Positions 1 to 12,790 of a stretch of DNA of 64,000 bases are shown piece by piece (positions within the stretch are counted from its first letter, which is position 1; each line of letters begins with the position of its first letter). Below the pieces are notes generated by a model. It was not told the DNA's origin, ran no database searches, and worked only from the letters and a program-made list of their open reading frames with translations. Source of the DNA: Podarcis muralis (taxonomy: Eukaryota); the NCBI RefSeq assembly GCF_964188315.1, contig NC_135656.1, positions 3,162,001 through 3,226,000 on the forward strand, in the 5' to 3' direction. The translations under genes and the position numbers were made by a program.

Positions 1-943
1 AGCCTCTCAGGACCTGGACTGCTGCACTCATTTTCCCAGTCTCATTTGTCTGAAGTAGAAAAGGAGAAATTGGAAATGGAATTCCTGAGGCCTTGTTTCT
101 TATTGGAATTCAGTCGTGATGAGCAGCTCAAAAACCCTCCCAAACGCCAAACTGCTGCTGCAACCCCCTGCCTGAGACAATGGAAAAAACTGCAATATGC
201 ACGGCTTGGACTGTAGCCCTTGACTGGGAGTGAGTGAACCAAGCGAAAGGTTTGCCTGTCCCTGCTGTGAGACGTCTCCGTCAGCCAAACTAGGAGTCAT
301 CCAGTCCTTCCTCAGTTCAAGGAACCAGCCCCCCCCCCCAAGCCTCTGGCCATGGATCTTGGCCTTTACCCAGGGAGGAGGTACGGAGCACTGACACATT
401 TAAAACATGTGGCTCTCCCCAAAGTACCCTGGGAAATGTAGTTCATCCCTTACAGAGCTACTATCCTTGGCACCATAAACAAACTTCAGTTCCCAGGATT
501 CAGGAGGGGGAGGGCAAAGTCATGCGCCTTAAATATGCCTTAAATGTACAGTGTGTGTCAGACGCAACACCTTCTCCGGAGGATTAAGATTCTTCTGAAG
601 TTGTGCAGGGGCCCCTCTGAACACTGAGAGAAAGGTTGGGGGCCGGGCACAGGCCTCTTCAGGGTTAGAGAGCAGAGCAGAAGAAAAGCAAATGCACATT
701 TAAGGCCACAGGAACATATACTGAACATGTTGAAGGCTTGAATTCCCGAAGGGTAAGGGTCCTGTTCCCAGAGTCAGTGTGGTGTGGAGCACAGAGTGCT
801 GGACTTAGGGCACGTAGACCTATGTATACCTGGACCTGGTGATGAAAGCACTTCTAGCTTTCCACCTCATTGCTTGTGGAAAATCTACCTGGTGGCCTGA
901 CTCTGCAACAGTTAATATGTTTCCTTCCTATCCCTGCTTTCCC

Positions 944-990
<47 letters not shown>

Positions 991-991
991 T
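944..991. repeat. (TTTA)n microsatellite
   Basis: Directly visible tandem ttta array. Confidence 0.95.
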
Positions 992-2191
992 TTCATCTTT
1001 ACATTTCTATCCCACCTTTCCTCCAAGGAGCTCAGGGTGGTGCATATAGTTACCTCCCCTCCCCATTTTATCCTCACAACAGCCCTTTGAGGTACTTTAA
1101 GCGGAGAGATGGTGACTGGTCTTTGTCCGGCCAGCCCAGGACATTTTGGCACCTGAGGCAAACCACAGCATGGTGGTCCCCTTCTCACTCGGGAAGAAAC
1201 AGGGAGTGAAGACCCACACCAGGCAGGAACAAAAGAAAAACAAAGATCTGCTTCGGATCCTGCCTCCTGAGGTGGTCACTTTACCTTGCCTCATGGGATC
1301 AGTTCATGTTCTAGAATCTAGACATTGCTAAGGGTAGGCACAAATTTACTGGATGGTGTTTGGTTTAGCCTTTGGTCTGGGGAGACTGAGCTTTAGCAGG
1401 GTTAGCCTATAACATTTGGCTGCCTGAGGCGAAGGAAAAGATGGCTCCTCTCTCCATTCCACATACAGAAGCAGACCCTGCTGGCGGTTGAATCTTACTT
1501 CAACATTGGCAGTGGGGCACCACCTCTGATGCTCCTGAGGGCCAAGGGCTAGCTCAGAGAAGACAAGGCACACACCGCTCTGTCTGTTCCGCCCCCTCAG
1601 CATATGCCACCTGAGGCATCTGTCTCACTCTGCTCAATGGCAGGGCCGGCCCTCAGCTTCAGATCCCTGCTTGGCATCAGTGGCCCTTGCCCAGATCTCA
1701 CAGGCTGACAAACCCATAGCAACCAGAGAACATGCTGTGTGCCCACATGCTTCCTCCTCATCTCATCCTTCACACACCTGGCTGCAGCGCTTCTACCTGG
1801 CTTGTTAGGCCACAGTTGCCCATGGCCCCATTCCCTGCCTTAAAGCCGACTGCGGTTTTTCCGGTTTTATAACCAGAAGTTCAAACTGTGTGCCATATTA
1901 GTCTTTTTCTTAGCACCTCTGAGTTTTAGCAGCTATAGAAGGGCTTTTTGTAGATTGTATGTGTCTTGACAAGAGTTGGTGAGGCCTCTTTAATGGTTTG
2001 GAAAGATGGTGTTGAGCCAAGGAAGGAGAGATATCGTTGAAGAATCACGACATAAGTAAATTCTTCACATTCTCATGAAAAATTGTAGAAATATAATTTC
2101 AGGTTCACATTCAGGCTATGATGCCTGCTCACCCAGCTGCAGAATGATCTGCCTGAGAAGACTGTGGAATAATCTGAGGAGAAGTCTAGGC

Positions 2192-2447
2192 CAGGGGTCA
2201 GCAACCTAAGGCCTATGGGCTGGAAGTGGCCCACAGAGGTCGTTTGACCGGCCCACAAGCTGCCCCCGAACTGAGATGCCTGCTCGCGCGCTGTGCTAAA
2301 CCGGTGCAGCACGGCGTGGGGACTCGCTTCCGCGGTGCCAAAAATCACATCTGTGCAGATGCCAAAAATCGTGGGCGCGATCCAGCCCATGGAGGGATCT
2401 CTGCGGGACTGATCCGGCCCAGGCAAGATATACCTTGCTGACCCCTG
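2192..2447. mobile_element. hAT (Charlie-like) MITE
   Basis: TIR caggggtcagcaa / ttgctgacccctg. Perfect 8-bp TSD GTCTAGGC. Confidence 0.9.
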
Positions 2448-2561
2448 GTCTAGGCAGTGTCATAAGACCTCTCAGGATGCAAGTCCCTGTTGCTTCCATA
2501 GCATGCTGAGTAAAAAGCAGTAATTGTTACCTTGCCCTGACAGAAAGGGTAATCTTTAATA

Positions 2562-2799
2562 CAGTGGTACCTCATGTTATGTACCATCCCCCTTACGAAT
2601 GCTTTGGGTTACGCGCTCCGCTAACCCGGAAGTAGATGCCCCTTGTTGTGAACTTTGCCCCAGGATGCGAGCGGAAATCGCGCTCCGGTGGCATGGCAGC
2701 AGCAGGAGGTGCCATTAGCAAAAGTGTGCCTCATGTTACAAGTGGTTTCCGGTTACGAACGGACCTCTGGAACGGATTAAGTACATAACTGTACTGCTG
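2562..2799. mobile_element. Tigger/pogo-like MITE (CAGTGGTACCTC termini), older subfamily
   Basis: TA|cagtggtacctc at the left end; the right TIR is degenerate (gtactgctg). Related to 7650-7858. Confidence 0.7.
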
Positions 2800-2891
2800 T
2801 TTCAGTTCAGTATGGGAATATGGGATAGTCCCAATTAACAGTAGCACACTAGAGCAAAAGTGTCTGAAATATCATGCCGTAGTACATTTCA

Positions 2892-3449
2892 GGGCTCCTC
2901 CAGATGACCTGTTGATTGAGCATTTATCTTGATTTACTTCCACAAGCATATTTGGCTTGCAGGTTAAATTATATCTTGTCTTTATTGAGCATTGATCCTG
3001 ATTTGCTGGCACAAAGTTTATTTATGTGGAGTGGAGGTTAGATTCTATCCTGTCTTTATTTGATTTGTTGGTGGGTAGGGGTTGTTATATGAGAATGAAC
3101 ATTCATTCTGATTTGCATGTGGGGTGTTTATACATCTTCCCATTAATCATGTCTTCATTCTACAATTTTCAAGGGATTAAAGCACTCTATCACTTAGCAC
3201 AACAAACCTATTTTTAAAGCAAACAGACTTTTTGTGGTTAGGAAAGAAATGGCAAAATGCACCAAAAAGTCTAGGATGAACAAAGGATTAATGGGAAGAC
3301 TCCACAAGCAAATCAGGATGAATGCAGGATGAATCCTCATTGTCTTTGTAAACAAATGAAAGCAAAGGCTCAGTGTAGACTGGGAATAGTCTAACTACCA
3401 CATAATCTTTAGGATGAATACTGAATGAACAGGTTGTCTGAAGTGGCCC
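2892..3449. mobile_element. Long-TIR fold-back MITE, PIF/Harbinger-like (tentative), old family
   Basis: Left gggctcctccagatgacctgttgattgagcatt matches right aatactgaatgaacaggttgtctgaagtggccc. Flanks are TCA/TAA. Internal sub-repeats attcatcctgatttgc. Confidence 0.6.
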
Positions 3450-3705
3450 TAAATATCCCAGCATGTGTTTGAATTCCTTCCTGCCAAAGACTGAGTTCAG
3501 AGCTGCCCTTAGCCTTCAAGGAGACACAAGACTCTTTGTGTTTTTCAAATGGAAAGTCCACGGCTCATCAGTATTACATCCAGTCCAGATGCATTGACAT
3601 CATAGATGGGAGGTATAGGAGGATAAGGATGGGCCAAGGCCCACTGAGAACACTATCCTGCTCACCCTTTGACCTCCCCTCAGCTGGCAGAGTTTTATGA
3701 CAGAG

Positions 3706-4036
3706 TAAAGGTAAAGGTAAAGGGACCCCTGACCATTAGGTCCAGTCGTGACCGAATCTGGGGTTGCGGCGCTCATCTCACTCTATAGGGCGAGGGAGCT
3801 GGCATACAGCTTCCAGGTCATGTGGCCAGCATGACTAAGCCGCTTCTGGCGAACCAGAGCAGCGCATGGAAACGCCGTTTACCTTCCCGCCAGAGCGGTA
3901 CCTATTTATCTACTTGTACTTTGACGTGCTTTCGAACTGCTAGGTTGGCAGGAGCAGGGACTGAGCAACAGGAGCTCACCCCATCGCGGGGATTCGAACC
4001 ACCGACCTTCCGATTGGCAAGCCCTAGGCTCTGTGG
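3706..4036 (-). mobile_element. Sauria SINE, 5' end clipped
   Basis: (taaagg)n tail at 3706. The body is the reverse complement of the copy at 62633. Confidence 0.9.
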
Positions 4037-4051
4037 TACTAAACATATATA

Positions 4052-4523
4052 CCGTATTTTTCGTCCCATAGGACGCTCCGTTCCATAGGACCCACCTAGT
4101 TTTTTGGGGGGGAAATAAAGGGGGTGGGGAAATTTCCTTTATTTCCCCCCCAAAACCAGGTTGGGGAAACCAAACCAGGTCGGGGAACAGCGGGATGGCG
4201 GCGCTGCGCCTCCCCGCTGTCCCCCAAGCTTGTGGGGCTGGCCGATGTCTGCCCGGCGCGAGGGGTGCTCTGCTTCAGGGCGCTCTGCGCGCCGGGCGGC
4301 AGGCTGCTATTCGCAGCCTAGGGAGCCCTGCGGGAACTCCCGTGGTCTCCCCAGGCTTGCTGATAGCTTCCTGGAGCCTGGAGAGCGAGAGGGGTCGGTG
4401 CGCACTGACCCCTCTCGCTCTCCAGGCTTCAGCGAAAGCCTGTATTCGCCCCATAGGACGCACACAGATTTCCCCTCCATTTTTGGAGGGGAAAAAGTGC
4501 GTCCTATAGGGCAAAAAATACGG
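4052..4523. mobile_element. Tc1/mariner-superfamily (Tc2-like, CCGTA termini) MITE, CpG-rich
   Basis: TA|ccgtatttttcgtcccataggacgc ... gcgtcctatagggcaaaaaatacgg|TA. Confidence 0.85.
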
Positions 4524-5784
4524 TACTTGCAATTATTATTTACTTCTGATAAAGCATTGTTATTTGTTTGCCTCACTCTTCCTTCAGAAGGCAGTAATGT
4601 TACTAATCCTTCATCTGTCTCTATCTTATCATACTCATTAAGCTCTGGTGTGTATCTCATTCCAAATCCTCGAGAGAGATTCTGAATTATCAGGAGAATA
4701 TTTAAAGTCATTGGCTCAACCAATTGTCCTGGGCTATTAACATGTTTTTTCTAGTTAAGTTTTTATCAGCATCCTTAACACCTTCTTTTCTATGTGGTTT
4801 ACATAAATTATTTACAATGTTTTTAGCTCTTCCTGGAAAAGAGGGTAAATCGGGCTAACAAGAAATAAAGATTAAATCTAAAAAAACATACGTGATGATT
4901 CATGGTTAGCTATATACAAAGGAATTTCTTCTCTTCCTGTCAAGCACTTCAGGTCATTGCAATCAGTGTCCCAAGACCAATAAGCTTTCTAAACAAAACA
5001 TTCCCCTTTCAGGCTATTACATGCAATAGTCACCATTTGCAAAACAAAAGGCAACATTTAGGCTTTTATACGAAGCTTTCTGTGCCACTCTCCTGTGTGC
5101 ACTTGTTCACAGGATAGACATTCTTCTCCACAGCTCACAAATGCAACTAAGAATTTCCTTGGCCATGGTTCCTTCCTGGTCCTCAATTAATAAGATTGTT
5201 TGCTGAGATTATTTATTACGTTTTATTACGGTAGGGCCAGGAATGTGTGTTGGACCATCAGAGCTACATTTCAGAAAAGAAACGAAAAAACCTGTTTCAC
5301 CTAAGACTGACATTTGCTAATATGGACCAGTGGTTAATCAGGGTGCTGGACTTAAGACCAGGGAGGCCTGGGTTCACATCCCCACCACTGAGTGACCTGG
5401 GTCAGTCACTCTCAGCCACTTCACTGTGCAGGATTATTGTGGTGATAAAATGGGGGCGGGGGACACATGTATCTCTGAGGAGGCATGTAATAAATTTATA
5501 AATAATTTTTCATTTTTTCCAGTAGTCCAAACACTTACACTCAAACATTCTTGCTGCGTTAAGAACACATTTCCCAATACAGATGAAATATCCTCTCTTG
5601 GTACAAGGAAACTTCCTTTCTTGGACTTCCACTCACTAGGATAACGATAACCTCTTTGTGGCCAATTTTATTGCCAGCCTCTTAAAAAGGTACTTTCCCC
5701 ACTAAAGCAGCAGTCATAACGTGTCTACTCAGAAGTAAATGCCATTGAATTCAATAAAGCTAAGGGAACCTAACAACATGGTAG

Positions 5785-6922
5785 CAGGGCCGGATTTAGA
5801 TGGAGAGCAGACCTTGGCTACTCCACTTGTGAGGCCCCTCCCAACCCCCCACCCTCACGACAAAACTGAATGAAGCCAAGGATGATGATGGGCATTTAAA
5901 AGTCTGCAATTCACAATTTCTCCTCTAAGGAAATCTGAAAACTTCATCAAAATTTGTTTGTCTAAGTTTGTCACTTTCAGTGTACAGAATGCTCAGTGCA
6001 GACAACCTCACTTGAGACATTGTGGCCCTTATTTCATTTTTAATTCTTTTGATTCTTGAAAAACTCCTCTCTCCTGAGCAATTAGTGACCATAAGGCTAA
6101 GAAATAGCTGCAAGATTGCTTCCACATTAGGAAAGGCCATTTTTTCCCTTGTATATAATTTGATAAAGGTCTGTATGAGAGAGAGAGTGCTCTGCTGTAA
6201 GCCTATGGCTTTGTGTCACGTAGAGGTGAAAGTGCAAAAGTTCATCAATGAGTTTCAGGTCAATATCTTCTGGGTCTGCTTCCATCAACAGTTCAACACC
6301 TTGCTTAATTTCTTGCTTCAAATTAGCAAGAATGGCAAACAATTGTGCAACATCACTGTACACAGTACTTCTTTTTAAATTGGCTTCAAGTGCATCTAAT
6401 ATAGGAATAAAGGATTTTATTCTAAACCTATCTCTTGAAGATACTGCATCTAAGGCATCAGGTGCACTTTTGTCATTTCTTTGCCGTTCCCTCACTCTTT
6501 GTCTCCTTGTTTTGTAGTTGACATTTGGCAAGGTGGCTTTTGCTGGTTTCTCAAGCTCATCAGACATGAACTGTACAAACTTGCACCAGAACTCAATAAC
6601 AGGTCTGATTTCTAAAGGGCTTTGCTGACCTTGTGAAAATGACCTAGCACACGGATTTATATCTCTAAGATTTTGCAGACTGGCTATGAACTGGGGCCCC
6701 ACAAAAAAAATTCAAGTTGGGCCCCTGAGTTTCGAATTGGACCGCACTGGCTGGCCCTGAGTCTCATAGTTGCTGGGCCCAAGTTGCCCTGCCATCGCAT
6801 GAAGTCTTGGGTTTGCAATTTGGGGTGAGAGGGGAGTGCCCACTGTGGGGTGGGCAGGCTGGGGAGGCCCCCTAGATTTAGAAGCCCAAGGTCTACTTAG
6901 CCCATACATAAATCTGGCAATG
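5785..6922 (-). mobile_element. Internally deleted hAT DNA transposon retaining the transposase C-terminus
   Basis: 8-bp TSD CATGGTAG (5777-5784 and 6923-6930). TIRs cagggccggattta / taaatctggcaatg match at 11 of 14 positions. Confidence 0.9.
5925..6702 (-). pseudogene. Frameshifted hAT transposase fragment including the C-terminal dimerisation domain
   Basis: ORFs 6127-6702 and 5925-6140 join at a frameshift near 6135. The motif AFPNVEAILQLFLSLMVTNCSGERSFSRIKRIKNEIRATMSQVRLSALSILYTE is diagnostic of hAT dimerisation domains. Confidence 0.88.
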
Positions 6923-7649
6923 CATGGTAGCTATTTAGTGCTGATAGCACAGCTAAGGGTGCTTCCTGGCAACCTATTTATTGCACATTCATCCTAATTT
7001 ATTTGGAGGGAGATTAGATGGCCTGGGTTATTTAATTGGCAGCAGCAAGAGTCAGTCCAGCACAGTCAGTCAGTCAGTCATTAAGTCTCACTCTCGGGCT
7101 CCTGGATGCAATTAGCCCTGCTCTAGTTAACTCCCTCTTGAACACAAGCCTAGATGCATCCCTCATGTGTGGGTGTTGTTGTTTTTTGGCATTTTCATAA
7201 AAAAAGGTCAACAATTTTGGGTCTTCCTAAAGATAGCTCTTTCGGGGGGGGGTGCGTTTTAGCCTAATGACTGTTGGGAAGAAAGTTATTAGATGCTCAA
7301 GCAGCAGAGCAGAGGCAAAGCTGCTGCAGCAGATTGCATAAGCTTACCTGCAGGAAGGAGCCCCAGCTCACTAGTGTGAGCTGGGCAAGCTTCCAGTGCT
7401 CTTCTGTTGTCAAGGATGCTTATGAGCTGGATATTTTTGGAGGTCCTACAGAGCCCAAGAGAGAACACATACAACACACACACAGAAAGCGGTTGTGTTG
7501 CAGGGGGACAAAGGTGCAAAATATAAGTTCCAGATTTGCAAATACAACACTTATTGTGCATCTAAATAAATGGTATAATGGTATAAAATGGGTAAAAGAA
7601 ACAAGACTATGCTCAGAGGCATACAAGACTTCAGTCCTAAACTCATTTG

Positions 7650-7858
7650 CAGTGGTACCTCTGGTTACGAACTTAATCCATTTCGGAGGTCTGTTTGTAA
7701 CCGGAAAGAGCTTGCAACATGAGGCGTGCTTCCGCTAATGGTGCCTCCCGCTGCTGCTGTGCCAATGTTCGCAACAAGGGGCATCTACTTGCAGGTTAGC
7801 GGAGCGCATAACCCAGGGAATTCGTAAGGAGGACGGTTTGCAACACGAGGTACCACTG
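7650..7858. mobile_element. Tigger/pogo-like MITE, older subfamily
   Basis: cagtggtacctc ... gaggtaccactg|TA. Confidence 0.8.
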
Positions 7859-8106
7859 TACTAGAAAATGATCCCTACTGAGCTGAGGCCGCACTTCAGC
7901 TATCAAATCTGAAGCAGCTTCATGCTCTTGTACACAACCGCTTTGCTCTTCTTTTTGCACATGCAGAGAAACAAGTCAGGAAGCCATGGCTAACCATGGT
8001 TTCCTGTTGCCTCTGAACTCGGAACTAAGGTTAATGGCTTCCAAACAAGTCAAAATATGGTTTAAAGTTGGCTTCTGTTTTCTGGCTCATTTGGAAGCCA
8101 TTACCG

Positions 8107-8242
8107 CAGTGGTGTAGCGTGGGTTGTCAGCACCCGGGGCAAGGCAAGTAATTTGCGCCCCCTAACCCGTGGATTTGCCCTAACCCCAGATGTTGCGCCC
8201 GGTGCGGCTGGCCCCCCCTGCACCCCCCACGCTACGCCACTG
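8107..8242. mobile_element. hAT MITE (136 bp)
   Basis: TIR cagtggtgtagcgtggg / cccacgctacgccactg. Perfect TSD CATTACCG. Confidence 0.9.
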
Positions 8243-8429
8243 CATTACCGTAACCTTTGTTAGCGATCTGCACATAAAGGGAAGTTCTGGTTAACTGGGA
8301 CATCCTTTTCAAAAATAAATAAATTGCATTTTCTATTTGACATATGCCTTTAAGTTAACATCTTACATTAAAAACCTGACAGTACCAAACTACCGAAGGC
8401 TTTTCACCAAAGCCAGACTAAATGTCATA

Positions 8430-10470
8430 ATATAATGATTTCCCCCTCTGCATCTCTGTCATAACTCTATTCTTATAAATCCTTTATCATTCCATAGTTC
8501 AAATTTTTGCTACAAGTTTTCTGTCAATCCTACCGATGTGTGTAATTGTTTACAATAGTTTTTCAAATAAATTATTAATTTTCCCCTTTCTTTATGAAAG
8601 ACCTCCTCTTCCTGGTTTCTGATTCTTCCTGTAACTTTTGCCATCTCAGCATAGTTCATCAGTTTAATCTGCCACTACTCCTTGGTTGAAGTTGTACCAT
8701 CTTTCCATTTCTGGGCTAACAGAATCTGTGCAGCAGTGGTTGTCTACATAAATAGTTCCATCTGGTCCTTCGGGATCTCTGGTCCTATAATACCCAAAAG
8801 AAAAGCTTCTGGTTTCTTAGGAAAAGTTATTGTCAATGTTTTTTTCAATTCATTATATATAATTTCCCAGAACTCTTTTATCATCTTACATGACCACCAC
8901 ATATGATGAAAAGTACCCTCATTTCTTCACATTTCCAGCATGTTTTGCACTTTGATTTATACATCTTAGCTAATTTTCCAGGAGTTAAATACCAACAATA
9001 CATCTTTTTCATACACTTCAAAGTGTAACATGCTGTAAATTTTCACCCTGTTGTCCATAGTCTCTCTCACACTGCTAATTCAATGTCAAAAACCAAAATC
9101 TTTGGCCCAGTGGATAATAACTGATTTGACTTGTTCATCTTTTGTTTGCCACTCTAATAAAAGTTTATACATTTTTTAAGCTAACTTGATTTTATTTTCT
9201 AACAATTCTCTTTCGAACTGGGAGACTTTATTTTAAAAACCCTTCTTTTTGACCAACTTAAACACTTCATTAAATTGGTAATATTGCAACCAATCTGTTA
9301 CTAATTTCCTTGTATCTTCAAACCTCCTTAGTTTTAAATCCTGATCTGCTTCATTTAATATTTATTTATAAGTTGTCCAATCATTTATCATAGTCCTTTT
9401 TTCACCGATATTGCTTCAAGTGGAGAGAGCCACCATGGTGTTTTGTGTTCCAATATATTTTTGTATTTATCCCATACTTCATACTCTGGCTTCCTTATAA
9501 CATGGTTCAGAAAAGCTTTATGAACTTTAATCTTGTCATACCACAAATAGGTGTGCCAGCCAAATCTGTTATCGTGTCCTTCAAGATTTAATATGGAACC
9601 ATTTCCCAGCTACATCCATTCTTTTAACCAGCAAAGAGAAGATGCCTCAAAATATAATTTCAAATGTGGTAAGGAGAATCCACCTCTTTCTTTCGTATCA
9701 GTCAATAATTTATACTTTATTCTTGGTTTCTTTTCCTGTCAGATAAATCTAGTGATATCTTTTTACCATTCTTTAAAGCATCTTGTATTGCTGATCACTG
9801 ATAGTGTTTGAAACAAAAATAACATTTTTGGTAGCACATTCATTTTTATCACAGATATCCTCCCCATAAATGACAAGTTCTTCCCTAAATTTATAGGCTC
9901 TTCTTAACCTCTCTCCAAACTTTCACATAATTGTCTTTAAAAATATTTATATTCCTCAGTGTTAAACACATTCCTAAATATTTAATTTTCTTTTCAATCA
10001 TTAATCCTATTGATAATTGTAGATCATTTTTTATCTGGCAATTCATATTTTTCACCATAATTTTTGTCAAGTTTGAAACCTGTTTTCTCTCTGAATTCAG
10101 AGATTTGTTCTAAAACCCTTGGGACACTGACCATAGGTTCCTCTACCACTATCATCACATCATTGGCAAATGCCTTGAGTTTATAAGCTCTCTGCCCCAC
10201 TGTTATCCCTTTGATCTCTTCATCAGATCTATTTCTTCTAGCCAGAACCTCCAACACCAATATAAACAATAATGGTGACAGGAGGCAGCCTTGTATTGTC
10301 CCCTTAGTTATTATAAATTTTCCTGTTGAGACATTATTCACTATCAGCATAGCATGTTGATTAGAATAAATTGCCTCAATTGCTTTCAAGAATATATCTC
10401 CACAATTCATCTTTTCTAAAGTTTTTGTCATAAAAGTCCGTGAAATGTTCTTGAAAGCCTTCTCTGTGGC
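8430..10470 (-). mobile_element. 5'-truncated, degraded L1-clade LINE (ORF2 RT to C-terminal CCHC region)
   Basis: Peptides ATEKAFKNISRTFM, TIQGCLLSPLLFILVLEVLA and KLKAFANDV (RT motifs), plus CWKCEEMRGTFHHMWWSC near 8900-8945. Multiple stops. Confidence 0.9.
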
Positions 10471-11758
10471 TTCCTGATTTGTTTCCCTGCTCAAGCAATG
10501 GGAGGAACAAAGTGCTGGTTGTTGAACAAGGTTTGCTGACAAGATCTAAACAGGCAGGAGATCTTCGGTCATGATTCATGATAAATAGCCCAATGGAGTC
10601 ATCAACTCCTTATGTGGTGGCAGCGGGAGGCAAATGCATTGTTGGGGATTGGTAGGTTTAAAAAAATGGATGGTATTATAAAGCCTTTATATATATCTAT
10701 GGTATGGGCACATCTGGAGTGCTGCTTCCAGTTCTGTTGTTGGTTCTCAGTGAGGTCTAGCATGCTGCATAGACAACTTTTTACATGAGGCACCTCCTCC
10801 TGCCAGGCCACACAGCAGGCAGGCATGCTTATCTGTGAGGTAGGAGGAGACAAAGGGTGCTTCAGGTCACCTCTGTTTTCAGGTGGGATTCAACCACTTC
10901 CCCACAAAACTGGGCTTTTAACAGAAAGCGACAGGGAAACTGGAGTGGAAAGGGCGTGGCAACACTTGCTTTGAAGCAAAGTCATCCAAGCTGTCCACAA
11001 ATAAATCAGGATGAATACTCAATAAACAGGTCATCTGGAAGCACTTGCAAAGAACCCCCACAAACCTACATTGCCTCTATGTGTCCCTGCCACTTCCTTG
11101 CCCTTCTTTTTTATATATTAAAAATACCCTCTTTTTGGGTGTGGAGATCTGTCATCCCTAAACCTCTGACTGTTCTCATACCCACCTTCCCTCCCTTTTA
11201 CTTCAAGGGATAGCACAGATTAAAGTTCCCTAAGAAAGCCGCCCTTTAAAAAATGGAAAAGAAAAATCCCTGCAATTAATTAATAAATTAATTGTGCCAG
11301 TCAATCAACCCAACAAACCAATCATAAATGATACTGACAGTGCAGCCAAACCACTCCAATTCTTCCTCTCCAGAGAGTTTAATCTCCCTCTTCTGGACAG
11401 AATTTTTTAGGCGTAGCCAAAATATTGTCCTCTTGCCAGGATGAGACAGCATGGGGGGGGGGGGGAGAGGCCCCAGCAGACCCATTTTTGCTGTTTAAAG
11501 CATGTGCCTGGCATGCAGTTCTTTTTTCCCTAGAAAAGAGGTTCAGGAACTCCCACTGTTTTTGACGGACAACCCTAAGTTCTTTTTTAGGGGGGAGCCA
11601 AAGCCAGGAGCGGGAGCCCTGCCACTAAACAGCTGCCAGTAAGCTACAAAGAGGTGAAAAAAGCCCTGCTGGCCCGTCATCACAGCATAGGCACCAGCTC
11701 AGTATGGTGAAGGAGGAGGTAGCATTTTACTGAGAGTGGGGAGAACTTTGTTGCTTTA

Positions 11759-11954
11759 CCTCTAGTAACAAACTTAATTCGTTCCGGAGGTCCGTTCTTA
11801 ACCTGAAACTGTTCTTAACTAGAGCATAGCTGTCAACGTTTCCCTTTTTAAAAGGGAAACGTTCTCATCCTGGAGCAAAGTTCTCAACTCGAGGTAACTC
11901 TTCCAGGTTAGTGGAGTTTGTAACCTGAAGTGTTTGTAACTCAAGGTACCACTG
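11759..11954. mobile_element. Tigger/pogo-like MITE, rearranged
   Basis: Right TIR aggtaccactg|TA. The centre is replaced by an unrelated segment of about 40 bp. Confidence 0.7.
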
Positions 11955-12218
11955 TATTTGTATATATCTTTCTTCATCAACGTTTCCTACCTAGCAATTT
12001 TCCCTTCCAGAATAAGCATTCCCTCCAGGCCAGCCATGTACACATTAGTGACTTGAAACACATCACGTTCACCCCTCCTTTCCCTGCTGTGTTTCACAGC
12101 TCACTCTTATATTGCTGTACAGTCCAGGAAGGGGGCGGGGGGGGGGGATGGCTGCACATGTGCAATGACTGTCTCAAATGTACACACCTCAGCCTAACTT
12201 CCATTTCCCAACTGGATA

Positions 12219-12790
12219 CAGTGGTGTGGGGGGGGGCAGGAGGCCAGGGCCCCAGATGCAGAATCTTGCACACCAACCATGTGCACGCAAGCACCCACCC
12301 ATCAGCTGATGGGTGCTGGGTGACCACAGCACCCACCCCACTCCTGCCCGCCAGCTACAGGCGGGTGCCCATATGCTGGGTGGGGGCAGGGTGCGGAGGG
12401 TGAAAAGCAACCTCTGCACCCCAGCAATGGCAGGGGCTTGGGGAGTGCAGAGGGTGCTCTTCAACCTCTGTGCTCCCACCCCTGCGCCCACCTGGCATGC
12501 AAGTGCCTGGCCACCAGCTGTCGGGCTGGGGTTAGCGTGCAGGGCAGGAGCGGGGCATGGAGGGTGAAGAGCACCCTCCATGCCCGCCCTGCCCCCGCCC
12601 CTGCCTGTCAACACCAGGGGCTCCCTCTGCACTCACCCAGTTTCCGCCATTGATGGGGGGCGGGCGCTTGCGAGCCAGGCAGGGACAGGGCGCAGATAGT
12701 GAACAGCACCCTCTGCACTGTGCCCCTGCCTGGTGGCGGCAGCAGTGAGGGCTGGGTTAGCGCACTCCATCTCAGGTGCCCCGGACCAGA
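12219..12790. mobile_element. GC-rich degraded DNA element with repeated gtgaa(g/c)agcaccctc units
   Basis: Starts cagtggtgtggggg. The internal motif recurs three to four times. Boundaries are approximate. Confidence 0.5.

Noticed and set aside
1-216. Open frame of 71 codons at the window start (...SEVEKEKLEMEFLRPCFLLEF...)
   Set aside because: I recognise no homologue and have no splice support. It could be chance or a clipped exon and cannot be supported.
4124-4723. Several 100-174 aa ORFs
   Set aside because: They arise from the GC-rich MITE interior and adjoining degraded AT-rich DNA.
7345-7430. Possible minus-strand exon ending CAG|GTAAGC
   Set aside because: The acceptor is weak, the peptide is unrecognised, and no partner exons were found.
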